Below the pieces are notes generated by a model. The model was not told the DNA's origin. It did not search any database and was given only the letters and a program-made list of their open reading frames with translations. From Bordetella parapertussis (lineage in GTDB: Bacteria > Pseudomonadota > Gammaproteobacteria > Burkholderiales > SG8-39): a DNA stretch of 41,081 nucleotides. The stretch covers positions 1 to 41,081 of the forward strand of contig CAMCYY010000002.1 of the NCBI GenBank assembly GCA_945885335.1, read 5' to 3'. Position numbers and translations under genes: made by a program. This document shows, piece after piece, positions 17,644-26,693 of this stretch; positions within the stretch are counted from its first letter, which is position 1, and every line of letters starts with the position of its first letter.

Positions 17644-18969
17644 TCAAGCCGGCGGTGCCGGATCGGGTGGATGGCGCGGCCGAGTGTCGAAGTTTCCGCT
17701 CCGCGTCTTCCATCCACCGACGCCCATCACCAGCGCGCTGAGCATGAACACGCCCCACAGGCCGGCGGCGGCGGCGACAAGGCCGAACAAGGGCGGCGCG
17801 GTAACACGCATGAGGTTGTTCGCGGTCTGGCGCAGCGCCACCGTTTCGCCGGAACGGCCTTCCGGCGCCCGGCTGAATAAAACGATGAGGGTGAGTGGCT
17901 GACCACCGCCCATGCCTATACCGAAAATGAAGGCAACCATGCCCAGCAATACCGGTTGTTCGAACAGGGGGATAAGCGCGAAGCTCAACGCGCCCATGAA
18001 CAACGAGATGGTGAGCAGCCGGCCTTCGCCCATGCGGGCAATGAGCTGGGGAATGAAAAGACGCACCGAAAATGCCGCGACAAAATAACTGGCAATGATC
18101 ATGCCGATGGTGGTGGCCGATATGCCCAGCCCATAGACATAAACGGGCAGGTACAGCGAGAAGAGATCGGTAGCCGTCTGCAGCAGACAGCTCACGAGAA
18201 TGACGCCCGCAGACTTGCGATCCGAGAGCCGCTCGCGCAGAGAGCTCTTTGCACCTGCGTTGGCACCGCCCTTGCCTCTCGCGCTGGCGGCCGGCAGTGC
18301 GCGGCCCCACGCCATCAGCAGCCCCAGCGCCACCAGCGACAGGCCTGCGGAGCAGAGGCTGGCGATCTGCTGGCCGGCATGGTCAATGGCAAAGCCCGCG
18401 ATCAGCGGCCCCAGCACATTCGCGGCGGAGCCGGCCATGCTGATGTTGGCGAAGTTGCGCGCGCGGGTTTCGGGCGTGCTGAGCAGGCCGGCCAGATTGA
18501 GGATCAGCACGCTGGAGAACGCAAACGACAGTCCGCTGAGCAGGCTGGCTGCGTACAGCGCAATCATGTTCGGGTATGCCCAGGGCAGCACCATGCCGAC
18601 AGTGCCGGCCACCAGCCCCCCCATCAACAGCCCGCGTGATCCGATTCGATCGGCCCAGCGTCCAATGGGCCAGGCCAGAAGCAGCGGAAATGCAAACTGT
18701 GCCGCATACAGGATGCCCACCTCGGCAGGCTGCGCGCCCAGGTCGAGGGCGAACAGCGAGAGTTGCATGCGCGCGGAGGTGACCGCGCTGAACGCGAACA
18801 CGCCGGTTGCGAGCGTGAGGACGATGGCGTTCAAGGCGGGAGCCGGGAAATTAGGTGCGAGACAGTCAGATGCATGACCGGAGTGTAATCGACTGCAAAC
18901 TGAACGACGGCGCCCCGGACCGCGGGGGCGCACATTTTTGCGCCCGCCACAGGCTGTGAATCGGCACAC
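17644..18969 (-). CDS. MFS transporter
   Basis: About 12 predicted TM helices and the GRWADRIGSRG loop 2-3 motif. The start (GTG 18969) is uncertain. Confidence 0.8.
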   Translation of the reverse strand: MCRFTACGGRKNVRPRGPGRRRSVCSRLHSGHASDCLAPNFPAPALNAIVLTLATGVFAFSAVTSARMQLSLFALDLGAQPAEVGILYAAQFAFPLLLAWPIGRWADRIGSRGLLMGGLVAGTVGMVLPWAYPNMIALYAASLLSGLSFAFSSVLILNLAGLLSTPETRARNFANISMAGSAANVLGPLIAGFAIDHAGQQIASLCSAGLSLVALGLLMAWGRALPAASARGKGGANAGAKSSLRERLSDRKSAGVILVSCLLQTATDLFSLYLPVYVYGLGISATTIGMIIASYFVAAFSVRLFIPQLIARMGEGRLLTISLFMGALSFALIPLFEQPVLLGMVAFIFGIGMGGGQPLTLIVLFSRAPEGRSGETVALRQTANNLMRVTAPPLFGLVAAAAGLWGVFMLSALVMGVGGWKTRSGNFDTRPRHPPDPAPPA

Positions 18970-19047
18970 AGAATTTTGATGCGTGATTACATTTTATTCA
19001 TTGATGTTTCTATGTATTAGTACTTTTCTCGAATTCGATAATAATCT

Positions 19048-20064
19048 TCAGGCGCCGCGCACCATGGCCAGCACCTCGGATGGATTCAGGGTACGCGCCT
19101 TGTCCTGGATGGCCGGCAGGTATTGCGACTGGATGTTGCGCCCTTCCTGCACCACCGAGGCATACACGTCCTTCAGCGTCTGTGCGTTCAGCGTGCGACC
19201 GCCGGCATAGTAGCGTTTGGCGACATGGCCCAGTGCATAGGTGCTCGCGAAGCTCATGCCCGAACTCACTGCCTGCTTTGCCAGTCCGCGCCCCATGCCG
19301 CCGGCGAGCTGGCCGAACAGCCCGCCCAACAGCTTGCGTCCGGCCTGCTCCAGGAACTGCGAGGTGAGACCGACACCGGCGGTGGCCAGAAAATCTTTCA
19401 CATGGGTACGGTCGAGCTCGTAGCCGTGCTGCTTGCCGATGCGGTACACCAGCTTCATCTGCAGCGGAATGATAGCCATGGTGGACAGTGATTCGGGCAG
19501 CAGTTCCAGCGCGCCGTTGAGAATGGCGGCATTGAGAATCATGCGATCGAGTTCGGCATCGTTGACCGGATTGGACGCAGGCACCGCTGCCGGCGCCGCC
19601 GCGACAGCCGCGGCAGTTGCAGCCAGCGGCACGTCGGCCATTTCATCGGCGGCACGCAGGAACTGCCCCGCACTCGAAGCCTCAAGGCCCAGCGTGCTGC
19701 GAACGCCTTCGAGGAAGCGCTGCTCTGCTTCGGACTGCCTGCCGTCGGCATCGCAGACGCACACGGCCATCTCGTAGGCCAGTTGCCTTGCCTCGACCGA
19801 AGCGAGGTCACCCGCCACCGAAGCCAGCGACACGCGCTTCATCAGCACGTCCTGGTACAGCGAGGGCAGGTTGACACCTTCATCACCAGCCAGGCCCATG
19901 GCAATACGCTTGATTTCGGCGCGCTCACGATCATGCTTGTCACCATCCACGAAGGCAGCAAGCAGGCTGACGGTCACGATGGCTTTGACTTCGACTGGCG
20001 TCATGGTGCAGGAACCCTGTGTCATTGGAGATGCGTCAGACTGCATTTTTTGCCGCAGGTTCAT
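19048..20064 (-). CDS. TerB-like N-terminal domain protein with a conserved C-terminal domain of unknown function
   Basis: VSLLAAFVDGDKHDRERAEIKRI and MAVCVCDADGRQSEAEQRFLEGV are paired TerB-type acidic helices. The C-terminal family was not identified. Start uncertain (20004-20064). Confidence 0.6.
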   Translation of the reverse strand: MNLRQKMQSDASPMTQGSCTMTPVEVKAIVTVSLLAAFVDGDKHDRERAEIKRIAMGLAGDEGVNLPSLYQDVLMKRVSLASVAGDLASVEARQLAYEMAVCVCDADGRQSEAEQRFLEGVRSTLGLEASSAGQFLRAADEMADVPLAATAAAVAAAPAAVPASNPVNDAELDRMILNAAILNGALELLPESLSTMAIIPLQMKLVYRIGKQHGYELDRTHVKDFLATAGVGLTSQFLEQAGRKLLGGLFGQLAGGMGRGLAKQAVSSGMSFASTYALGHVAKRYYAGGRTLNAQTLKDVYASVVQEGRNIQSQYLPAIQDKARTLNPSEVLAMVRGA

Positions 20065-20176
20065 TTTCGGGGCTGCACGCGCAGCCGCCCGAGGGGATTG
20101 CCAAGTTCAATGATCCGGACACTGCCGGGCAATCCGATCCGCTCCTGTTGCACGCCTGCCGCTATTGCCAGCCCGT

Positions 20177-22318
20177 CTACTGGAAGATCCCGCGCAGGAA
20201 ATCGATGATGCCCTTCACCGGATCCGGCAGCGGCGGCTCGGCCTTGTGCGAGGTGCGTGCCACATTGAATTCGGCATCCGCATCGATAAGGCGGTTCTGC
20301 AGCGCCCGCTGGAACACCTCACCCACCATGGGCAGCGCGCTGCGTGCCCCCTGTCCCCAGGACCCCATGGTCACGCGGTTGTCATTGAACCCGACTCGGG
20401 CGCCGGCCACCAGCTGCGGATGCATGAGAATGAACCAGCCGTCGGTGTTTTCCTGGGTGGTGCCGGTCTTGCCGGCGACATCGGCCTCGATGCCGTAGCG
20501 GGAGCGGATCGCGGCGCCGGTGCCCATGACCACCGTGCCGCGCATGGCATTCACCAGCGCCAGCACATGCTCGCGTGGCATGGCTGCCTCGGGTTCGATG
20601 ATTGAGGCGAAGGATTCCAGCACCACGCCATTGCGATTTTCGATGCGTGTCACGAGCAGGGGCTCGATGTAATGCCCCTCATTGGCGATGGCACCGTAGG
20701 CTGCGACCATTTCGCGCAGCGTGACCGGGCTGGTGCCCAGCGCCAGCGACAGCACCGGATCGAGCTTGCTGGCGCGTACGCCAAGGGCGCGCGCAAGACG
20801 CGCCACGTTCGCGGGCCCCACCTTCTCCATCAATTGTGCGGTGATCGTGTTCTTTGAATAGGCCAGCCCCTCGTACAACGTCATGGGCAGGCCGGAAGGC
20901 GCCGTGTCGTCGCTCGGCGTCCACACGTCACCGCTGGGCAACGTGATGGCCACAGCCTGGTCGATGAGCGTGGTCTCAGGCCCCAGGCCCTGCATGAAAG
21001 CGGCACCGTAGACAAACGGCTTGAACGTGGAACCAGGCTGGCGACGCGCCTGGCTGACATGATCGAACTGCTCGGTGGCGAAGTCGCGGCTGCCCACCCA
21101 GGCCTTGATGGCGCCGTTGCGCGGATCGAGAGCCAGGAAGCCCGCCTGCAAAGGCGGCTTTTCCTCGCCACGCTTCTGGCCAGGCTTGCCGCGCGCGTCG
21201 GCCAGCTTCTGCAGCTCGGCGAGTTGTCTGGTCACCGCCTCATTGGCCCATTTCTGCAGCCGGGAGTCGATGCTGGTGCGCACCACCAGACCATCGGCAT
21301 GGATATTGAAGTCACGCTCGTCGGCCCAGGCGGCAAGCCAGGTGCGCAACTGCTGGGCCACATGCGGTATGGGGCCGGAGGAGTCGGCACGCCTGTCGAA
21401 ATCCAGACCCAGCGGACGTTTGGACAGCGCTGCGAGCGCGTCGAACTGGGCGGCATCGAGGCCATTTTTCGAGACGGCCGCTTCAATGCCTTTGGGACTG
21501 CCTGCGCCTTTGCTCCCGGTTCTGTCTTTTGCGGCCGGCCTACCGACGGATTTTGCCGCCGGGAGCTTGCCGGACTTTGCCATCTGCGCCAGCACCAGGT
21601 TGCGCCGCTGCAGCGCGCGCTCCGGATGACGTACCGGGTTATAGACATTGGTGCCCTTCAACATGCCGATGAGCGTGGCCGCCTCGAGCACATCCAGTTG
21701 CATGGCGGTCTTGTCGAAATAGGTGCGCGCGGCCATTTCGATGCCGAAGGCGTTGTACAAAAAGGGCACGGTGTTGAGGTAGGTCTCCAGGATTTCGCGC
21801 TTGGAGTACACCGACTCGATCTTGATCGCAGTGATCGCCTCCTTGAGCTTGCGCGTGATGCTGAGAGCGCGGCCGATGTCCTCGGGATAGAGGTTGCGCG
21901 CCAGCTGCTGTGTCAGCGTGGAGCCACCCTGTGTGTCACCGGCGAACGTGCGCAGCATCGCCCCGGCGGTGCGGTAGAAATCAATGCCGCCATGTTCATA
22001 GAAGCGGCGGTCTTCGGTGGCGATGAGGGCATCGATGACGCTGGGCGCAATTTCATCCAGCGTGACCCACTGGCGGTTGATGCGGCCGTACTCGGCCAGC
22101 ACCACGCCGTCGGCGGACATCAAAACCGAAGGCGTTTCGGCCTTCACCTTGCGCAGGTCGCCGATGCTGGGGGTGAGGGGCACCAGCACCAGCACGTAGA
22201 GCAGAAAAAGCCCGGGCAGCAGCAGCGCGGCGCGCACCGGATGGCGGCGTACCGCGGCCGCGAGCTGGTGGCGCTTTTCCGAAAAATGCGCGAGGGCGCG
22301 CTGGATTTTTGATGACAT
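20177..22318 (-). CDS. Class A penicillin-binding protein (GT51 transglycosylase plus transpeptidase)
   Basis: EDRRFYEHGGID, GGSTLTQQLARN, RKLKE (GT51); STFKP, YSKN, KTGTT (transpeptidase). Confidence 0.92.
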   Translation of the reverse strand: MSSKIQRALAHFSEKRHQLAAAVRRHPVRAALLLPGLFLLYVLVLVPLTPSIGDLRKVKAETPSVLMSADGVVLAEYGRINRQWVTLDEIAPSVIDALIATEDRRFYEHGGIDFYRTAGAMLRTFAGDTQGGSTLTQQLARNLYPEDIGRALSITRKLKEAITAIKIESVYSKREILETYLNTVPFLYNAFGIEMAARTYFDKTAMQLDVLEAATLIGMLKGTNVYNPVRHPERALQRRNLVLAQMAKSGKLPAAKSVGRPAAKDRTGSKGAGSPKGIEAAVSKNGLDAAQFDALAALSKRPLGLDFDRRADSSGPIPHVAQQLRTWLAAWADERDFNIHADGLVVRTSIDSRLQKWANEAVTRQLAELQKLADARGKPGQKRGEEKPPLQAGFLALDPRNGAIKAWVGSRDFATEQFDHVSQARRQPGSTFKPFVYGAAFMQGLGPETTLIDQAVAITLPSGDVWTPSDDTAPSGLPMTLYEGLAYSKNTITAQLMEKVGPANVARLARALGVRASKLDPVLSLALGTSPVTLREMVAAYGAIANEGHYIEPLLVTRIENRNGVVLESFASIIEPEAAMPREHVLALVNAMRGTVVMGTGAAIRSRYGIEADVAGKTGTTQENTDGWFILMHPQLVAGARVGFNDNRVTMGSWGQGARSALPMVGEVFQRALQNRLIDADAEFNVARTSHKAEPPLPDPVKGIIDFLRGIFQ

Positions 22319-22490
22319 GCGTCAGATAGACCATGGTGTCCGGGAGTGGTTCACGCACACCCCACGCAACGAAATGCCGCCCACCGGCGGGCGAAAGACC
22401 CGCATGCTACGCCAATCCCGGCCCGTCTCCGCTGCCGCAGCCGGCAACGGCGGGAATAATCCCGCTGTTGCCTGCCGCCCGGCTTGCTGC

Positions 22491-22910
22491 CTAGCGACCC
22501 GCCGCCTCCGATATTTCAATGACGGTGCGCTGCAGCAGCTCGATGCGCACATTGTCCGGGCCCTGCACGAAGGCGATGCGCACGCCGGGGCGGATCGTGA
22601 CGGGTTCCTTGATGATGACGGCGCCGCGGCGTTTGAGTTCGAGGGCGGCGGCATCCACATCATTCACGCGCAGCCCGATGTGGTCGAGGCCGATGTAGGA
22701 CTCGGCCGGGGCGGTCGGCATCACGGCGTCTTGCGCGATTTCCGCAATGAAGATCGTGAGTCCGTTCAGGTCGAGGTCCACGCGCGGGACGCCGTTCGAC
22801 TGGACGAATTCGACGCGCTTCGCGTCGAACATTTTTTCGTAAAACGCGATCGTGCCTTCCGGGTCGCGCGTGCGCAGATGGATGTGGTCGTAGCTGTAGA
22901 CGGGCTGCAT
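22491..22910 (-). CDS. VOC-family (glyoxalase/bleomycin resistance/dioxygenase) protein
   Basis: YDHIHLRTRDPEGTIAFYEKMF...LDHIGLRVNDVDAAALELKRRG are paired beta-alpha-beta-beta-beta modules. Confidence 0.8.
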   Translation of the reverse strand: MQPVYSYDHIHLRTRDPEGTIAFYEKMFDAKRVEFVQSNGVPRVDLDLNGLTIFIAEIAQDAVMPTAPAESYIGLDHIGLRVNDVDAAALELKRRGAVIIKEPVTIRPGVRIAFVQGPDNVRIELLQRTVIEISEAAGR

Positions 22911-22974
22911 GCGGCGCTCCTCGTGGATTTGGGCCATTTTTTGCCAGACCCTTTCCCCGGATCCTTTGCCGACA

Positions 22975-23100
22975 GACTGCCATGGATCGCCCCTGGCCGC
23001 CAGCCAGGCCGGCGCCATCGCCTATCTCACCAAACCGGTCGAACGCGAGGCGCTGTTTGCGACGCTGCGCAAATGGCTGCCGAATTTCAGGAAGAACTGA
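22975..23100 (+). pseudogene. Relic 3' end of a response-regulator receiver domain
   Basis: ...SPLAASQAGAIAYLTKPVEREALFATLRKWLPNFRKN* resembles the alpha4-beta5-alpha5 end of a receiver domain (CLAAGMDDYLTKP...L..L). No upstream receiver sequence exists in any frame. Confidence 0.4.
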
Positions 23101-23102
23101 GG

Positions 23103-23837
23103 CTAGACCGGCGTGTGCTTTTTCAGAAACGCCCTCACCCGCGGCCGTGCCGCCTCCAGCGCGGGGCCTGACTTCCACTCGGCAATGAACTCCACATCGG
23201 GCAGGCGCTTCGCCATGTCCTCGGACAGCGCATAGGGGTGTGCATCGTCGTTGCCCGCCATCACCATGACGGGCGTGTTGCACCTGTCCATGAAGTCGGG
23301 ACCCACGCTGTAGATGTAGCCTGCGGCATACATGTTGCGGTAGAAGGCGTCGAGCACGTCCTCGTTGAGTTCCGGGTGGTTCTTCAGCGCCGCGGCCCAT
23401 TCGTTGAAGCGCGCCGAGCGGCCCGGTGCCAGCGGTCCCATGCGGCCGTTGGGCTGTGCCGCAACGGCGCAGGCCACGCGCTCGGGCGCCACCTTCAGGA
23501 GACCCATGATGAAGGGGCCGCCGATGCACTGGCCATAGAGATGGCATTTGTCGATCTTCAGGTGATCGAGCAACGCGATGTGGTCAGCGGCGAAGGTATC
23601 CCAGTTGTCTGCCGCCGTGATGGGCGCATGCGAGCGGCCTTCGGGCGCGTTGCGCTGGTCCATGACAATGACGCGGAAGTGATCGGCCCACTCGGTGGCC
23701 GGGTTGATCGGCGACTGCGGTTTGCTCCAGGCGGCGATATGCGACAGCAGCCCGCCCGGGGCGAAAGTAAGAATGGGGAAACCCCGGCCGTACTCCTCGT
23801 AGTAGATCGATGCACCCTTGTGCTCAAGCACTGGCAT
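23103..23837 (-). CDS. Alpha/beta-fold hydrolase with a Cys at the nucleophile elbow (GQCIGG)
   Basis: YGRGFPILTFAPGG..., VIVMDQRN, HLYGQCIGGPFIMG. Confidence 0.8.
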   Translation of the reverse strand: MPVLEHKGASIYYEEYGRGFPILTFAPGGLLSHIAAWSKPQSPINPATEWADHFRVIVMDQRNAPEGRSHAPITAADNWDTFAADHIALLDHLKIDKCHLYGQCIGGPFIMGLLKVAPERVACAVAAQPNGRMGPLAPGRSARFNEWAAALKNHPELNEDVLDAFYRNMYAAGYIYSVGPDFMDRCNTPVMVMAGNDDAHPYALSEDMAKRLPDVEFIAEWKSGPALEAARPRVRAFLKKHTPV

Positions 23838-23888
23838 GGAATCCTCCTTTGGTGTTGTCGTGAGCCACGCAAGCCGTAACCCGGCGAC

Positions 23889-24635
23889 TCAGGAAGTCAT
23901 CTGCGTGCCGCCATTGACGTGCATGGTCTGCCCGGTGATGAACTTGCCGCCGGGGCCGCACAGGAAACGCACCATGGCGGCGATTTCATCAGGCCCGCCG
24001 AGTCGTCCGAGCGGAATGCCGTTGGTCTGCGTCTTGTGGTCGGCGCGTCCCGCCGGGCGGCTGGTGGCAATGGGACCGGGCGATACGCAGTTCACGCGTA
24101 TGCCGTATTGCGCCACCTCTTTTGCCAGGGTGCGCGTCAGGCCGACGACGCCGTGCTTGGCGGCGGCAACATGCACGCGGTTGGCCGAACTGGACAGCGC
24201 CTTGGCGCCGCCGAAGGTGATGATGTCACCGCCGCCTGCCTTGATCAGGTGCGGCAGCGCCGCCTTGATGCAAAGAAAGGTGGAATCGAGCGTGATCGAC
24301 ATGACCCGACGCCACTCCTCGAAGTCCATGTCCAGAAAGGGCACCTCGTTGCGGTGGGCTGCATTGAGCACCAGGATGTCGAGGCGACCGAATTTATTGA
24401 TCACCCCATCAACCATGGCCTGCACTGCAGCAGGGTCTGCGACGTCGGCCATGAATACCTCGGCCTTGCCGCCGGCACCGCGGATTTCATTTGCAACCTG
24501 GTCGGCCTCGCTGCGCGAGGCGCGCGTGTTCACGCCTACTGCCGCACCATCGGCCGCGAGCGACAGCGCAATCGAGCGCCCGATATTCTTTGCCGCGCCG
24601 GTAATGAGCGCAACCTTGCCTGACAGTTCGTTCAT
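23889..24635 (-). CDS. Classical SDR-fold protein lacking the catalytic Ser and Tyr
   Basis: TGAAKNIGRSIA Rossmann motif and NAA motif are present. IITFGG...NRVHVAAAKHG aligns with FabG IINISS...ANYAAAKAG. Confidence 0.85.
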   Translation of the reverse strand: MNELSGKVALITGAAKNIGRSIALSLAADGAAVGVNTRASRSEADQVANEIRGAGGKAEVFMADVADPAAVQAMVDGVINKFGRLDILVLNAAHRNEVPFLDMDFEEWRRVMSITLDSTFLCIKAALPHLIKAGGGDIITFGGAKALSSSANRVHVAAAKHGVVGLTRTLAKEVAQYGIRVNCVSPGPIATSRPAGRADHKTQTNGIPLGRLGGPDEIAAMVRFLCGPGGKFITGQTMHVNGGTQMTS

Positions 24636-24729
24636 GGGGCTTTCCTCTTTTGTGGATTTAACACGCAGGCGACCTCTTGAAGGGTCGTAACCTGTACTTT
24701 GCCAGAATCAGGACAAATTCAGGATGCAA

Positions 24730-25620
24730 TCACCAATCCGCAGGCGGCTGGCCTGCGGCGACAGCGTCTTCGATTCTGGCCAGGCGCTCAGCGTAATCGG
24801 ATCGCTTCGGGTTGGGTATCCATTGCCGGCCGTTCGTGTTCGGCACGTAGTACAACTCGCTGACCAGGCTTTGCAGCGCGAACAATCTGAGCTCTTTTGC
24901 ACTGAAGTCGGGCAGCTTCGGATGGCCGTTCTTGCGCATCTTGTCCGGATAGGTCCGGGCGCCGGCCCATGCGGCGTCGAGCTTCGCCTTGCCGTCAGTG
25001 ACATTGCGCCGCCAATGCCAGACCTGCTCGGCATCCGGCGCCGGCAGCAACATGACGCCGAAGCCCTTGCTGAACACGGGACGCCCGTTCGCATCGAATT
25101 GCTTGAACTTCGAGCGGTCGTAGGCTACCGCAGCGTAGGTCGGATTCGCAATCAGGCTGCGCACGTCCTTCGCGGCCGGGTTGTTGCCCCAATAGACATC
25201 AGTCTTCCTGTCACTGTGGGTTGCACCGTTGCTCAGCGTCACGGTGGCCGTGGCGCTGACGTTGCCGCCCACAATTTTTCCGCCCGCGTCTTCAACCAGA
25301 TCGATCTGGCATGCGTTACCACTCCAGTTCGAGGTGGTGGTCTGGGTATCCTTGCGACCGTTTTCCGAATAGGACACCGTGACCGTGAGCGTGGCTGCGA
25401 CGGCGCGCTGCACGCAGGGGTTGAGGGTGATCTGGGCTCGCATCGTGCAGCCGGCGGGATCGGGCTTGATACGGCACTGGCTTTGCGGCGACAGGCCCCA
25501 GGTGAATGTTGCGGGAGCGACGGCGGCCGGCGTCGCCGGTGCCTTGGCGGCATTCTGTGCGTGCAGGGTGCCGGAGAAGGCAAGGACAACGACGGACAGC
25601 ATCAGGTGCAATTTGCGCAT
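24730..25620 (-). CDS. Secreted hypothetical protein (signal peptide, 4 Cys)
   Basis: MRKLHLMLSVVVLAFSGTLHA|QN signal peptide. No confident family; weak lysozyme/SLT-like pattern DRSKF...SKGFGVMLL. Confidence 0.6.
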   Translation of the reverse strand: MRKLHLMLSVVVLAFSGTLHAQNAAKAPATPAAVAPATFTWGLSPQSQCRIKPDPAGCTMRAQITLNPCVQRAVAATLTVTVSYSENGRKDTQTTTSNWSGNACQIDLVEDAGGKIVGGNVSATATVTLSNGATHSDRKTDVYWGNNPAAKDVRSLIANPTYAAVAYDRSKFKQFDANGRPVFSKGFGVMLLPAPDAEQVWHWRRNVTDGKAKLDAAWAGARTYPDKMRKNGHPKLPDFSAKELRLFALQSLVSELYYVPNTNGRQWIPNPKRSDYAERLARIEDAVAAGQPPADW

Positions 25621-25718
25621 GGGGTTTGCCATTTCCATTTCTTGTTGCGTGGAACTCATTTCATGCAACGGGAAAACGATGCGAGCCGATTCTACGGGGT
25701 TGCCGCGGCCGCAGACCG

Positions 25719-26564
25719 TCAGTTCTCGCGACAGGGGATGCCGTCGTACTGTGCCGCGAAGTGCAGCAGGTGCGTGGCGCAGGCGGCGGGGAACACCAGT
25801 TGCACCTTGTGAAAGCTCGAAGGCATGTGGATCATGCGCAGGTTCCTGATCTTCGAGATGAGGATGGCTTCCTGATCAGCCGTGGTGATGGGACCGTCAG
25901 TGGGATAGAGGCCCAGCACCGGCGCCTCGATTTTCGGCAGATAAGGTTCGGCGCTGATGCCGTGAAACAGGTCGGCCATGGCCTTCTGCACCTCGGGGCG
26001 GTTGCGCGCGAACTCCTCCTCGTACCAGGCGAGCAGGCCCGGATCAGCCGAGGGCGGAAAGCGCGTGGTGCGGTTCGTCGCAGCGACCCAGGCCTGCATG
26101 CCCATTTTCTGCTGCGCCTCTTCCTGAGAGGCATACCCCAGCGAGTACGTTTGCTTGGTGGAGGAGCCGATGAACACCGGACTGGAGACCAGCGTCAGCG
26201 TGCGCACCTTCGCCGGATGCGTCGCGGCGAGCACCATGCCGAGGATGCCGCCCATGGATTCGCCGGCGAAGTGCACTGAATCCACGCCAAGGTGATCGAT
26301 GATGGCGGCCACATCGGCAACGCAGTTGTCCATCGTAAACGCGGTCGCGAGATCAAAGTCCGCCGAAGACTGGCCGAGGCCGCGCATGTCCGGACGCACC
26401 ACCTTGTAGAAGCGCGCGAGGTAGGGCACCCAGCTATACCAGAACCGGCCCGAGCGGCCGAAACCGTGCTGCAGGATCAGGTAAGGCGCGTTGCGCCAGG
26501 GATCGGTGTAGTCATCCAGCGTGTAGTGCAGGTCGGGCTGGCCGGGGCGTTTCAGGAGTGGCAT
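25719..26564 (-). CDS. Alpha/beta-fold hydrolase (canonical GESMGG nucleophile elbow)
   Basis: LILQHGFGRSGRFW, HFAGESMGGILG. Confidence 0.85.
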   Translation of the reverse strand: MPLLKRPGQPDLHYTLDDYTDPWRNAPYLILQHGFGRSGRFWYSWVPYLARFYKVVRPDMRGLGQSSADFDLATAFTMDNCVADVAAIIDHLGVDSVHFAGESMGGILGMVLAATHPAKVRTLTLVSSPVFIGSSTKQTYSLGYASQEEAQQKMGMQAWVAATNRTTRFPPSADPGLLAWYEEEFARNRPEVQKAMADLFHGISAEPYLPKIEAPVLGLYPTDGPITTADQEAILISKIRNLRMIHMPSSFHKVQLVFPAACATHLLHFAAQYDGIPCREN

Positions 26565-26644
26565 TTTTATCTGATCACAATTAACGTGGGAATACGCTAT
26601 TTAATTGATAGGAATTCTTTATTTTGATCACAATAATGCAAAAC

Positions 26645-26672
26645 GGCCTGCCGGAATGCGTTCCGGCAGGCC
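26645..26672 (-). terminator. Terminator hairpin after the acyl-CoA dehydrogenase pair
   Basis: GGCCTGCCGGAA-(4 nt)-TTCCGGCAGGCC, 12-bp perfect stem, followed on the minus strand by GTTTTG. Confidence 0.65.
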
Positions 26673-26693
26673 GCGTGATCTACAACATTCCGG

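Noticed and set aside
17523-17717. N-terminal extension of the CapA-like ORF overlapping the MFS gene end
   Set aside because: The internal ATG at 17522 is preceded by AAGGAGAG. The extension is Arg/Gly-rich and overlaps the neighbouring gene.
21059-22312. 417-aa plus-strand ORF opposite the PBP gene; similar cases at 24724..25812, 15903..17090, 5194..6114, 9297..10109, 13171..13935 and 38124..38810
   Set aside because: All are antisense to motif-supported genes and have GC-shadow composition.
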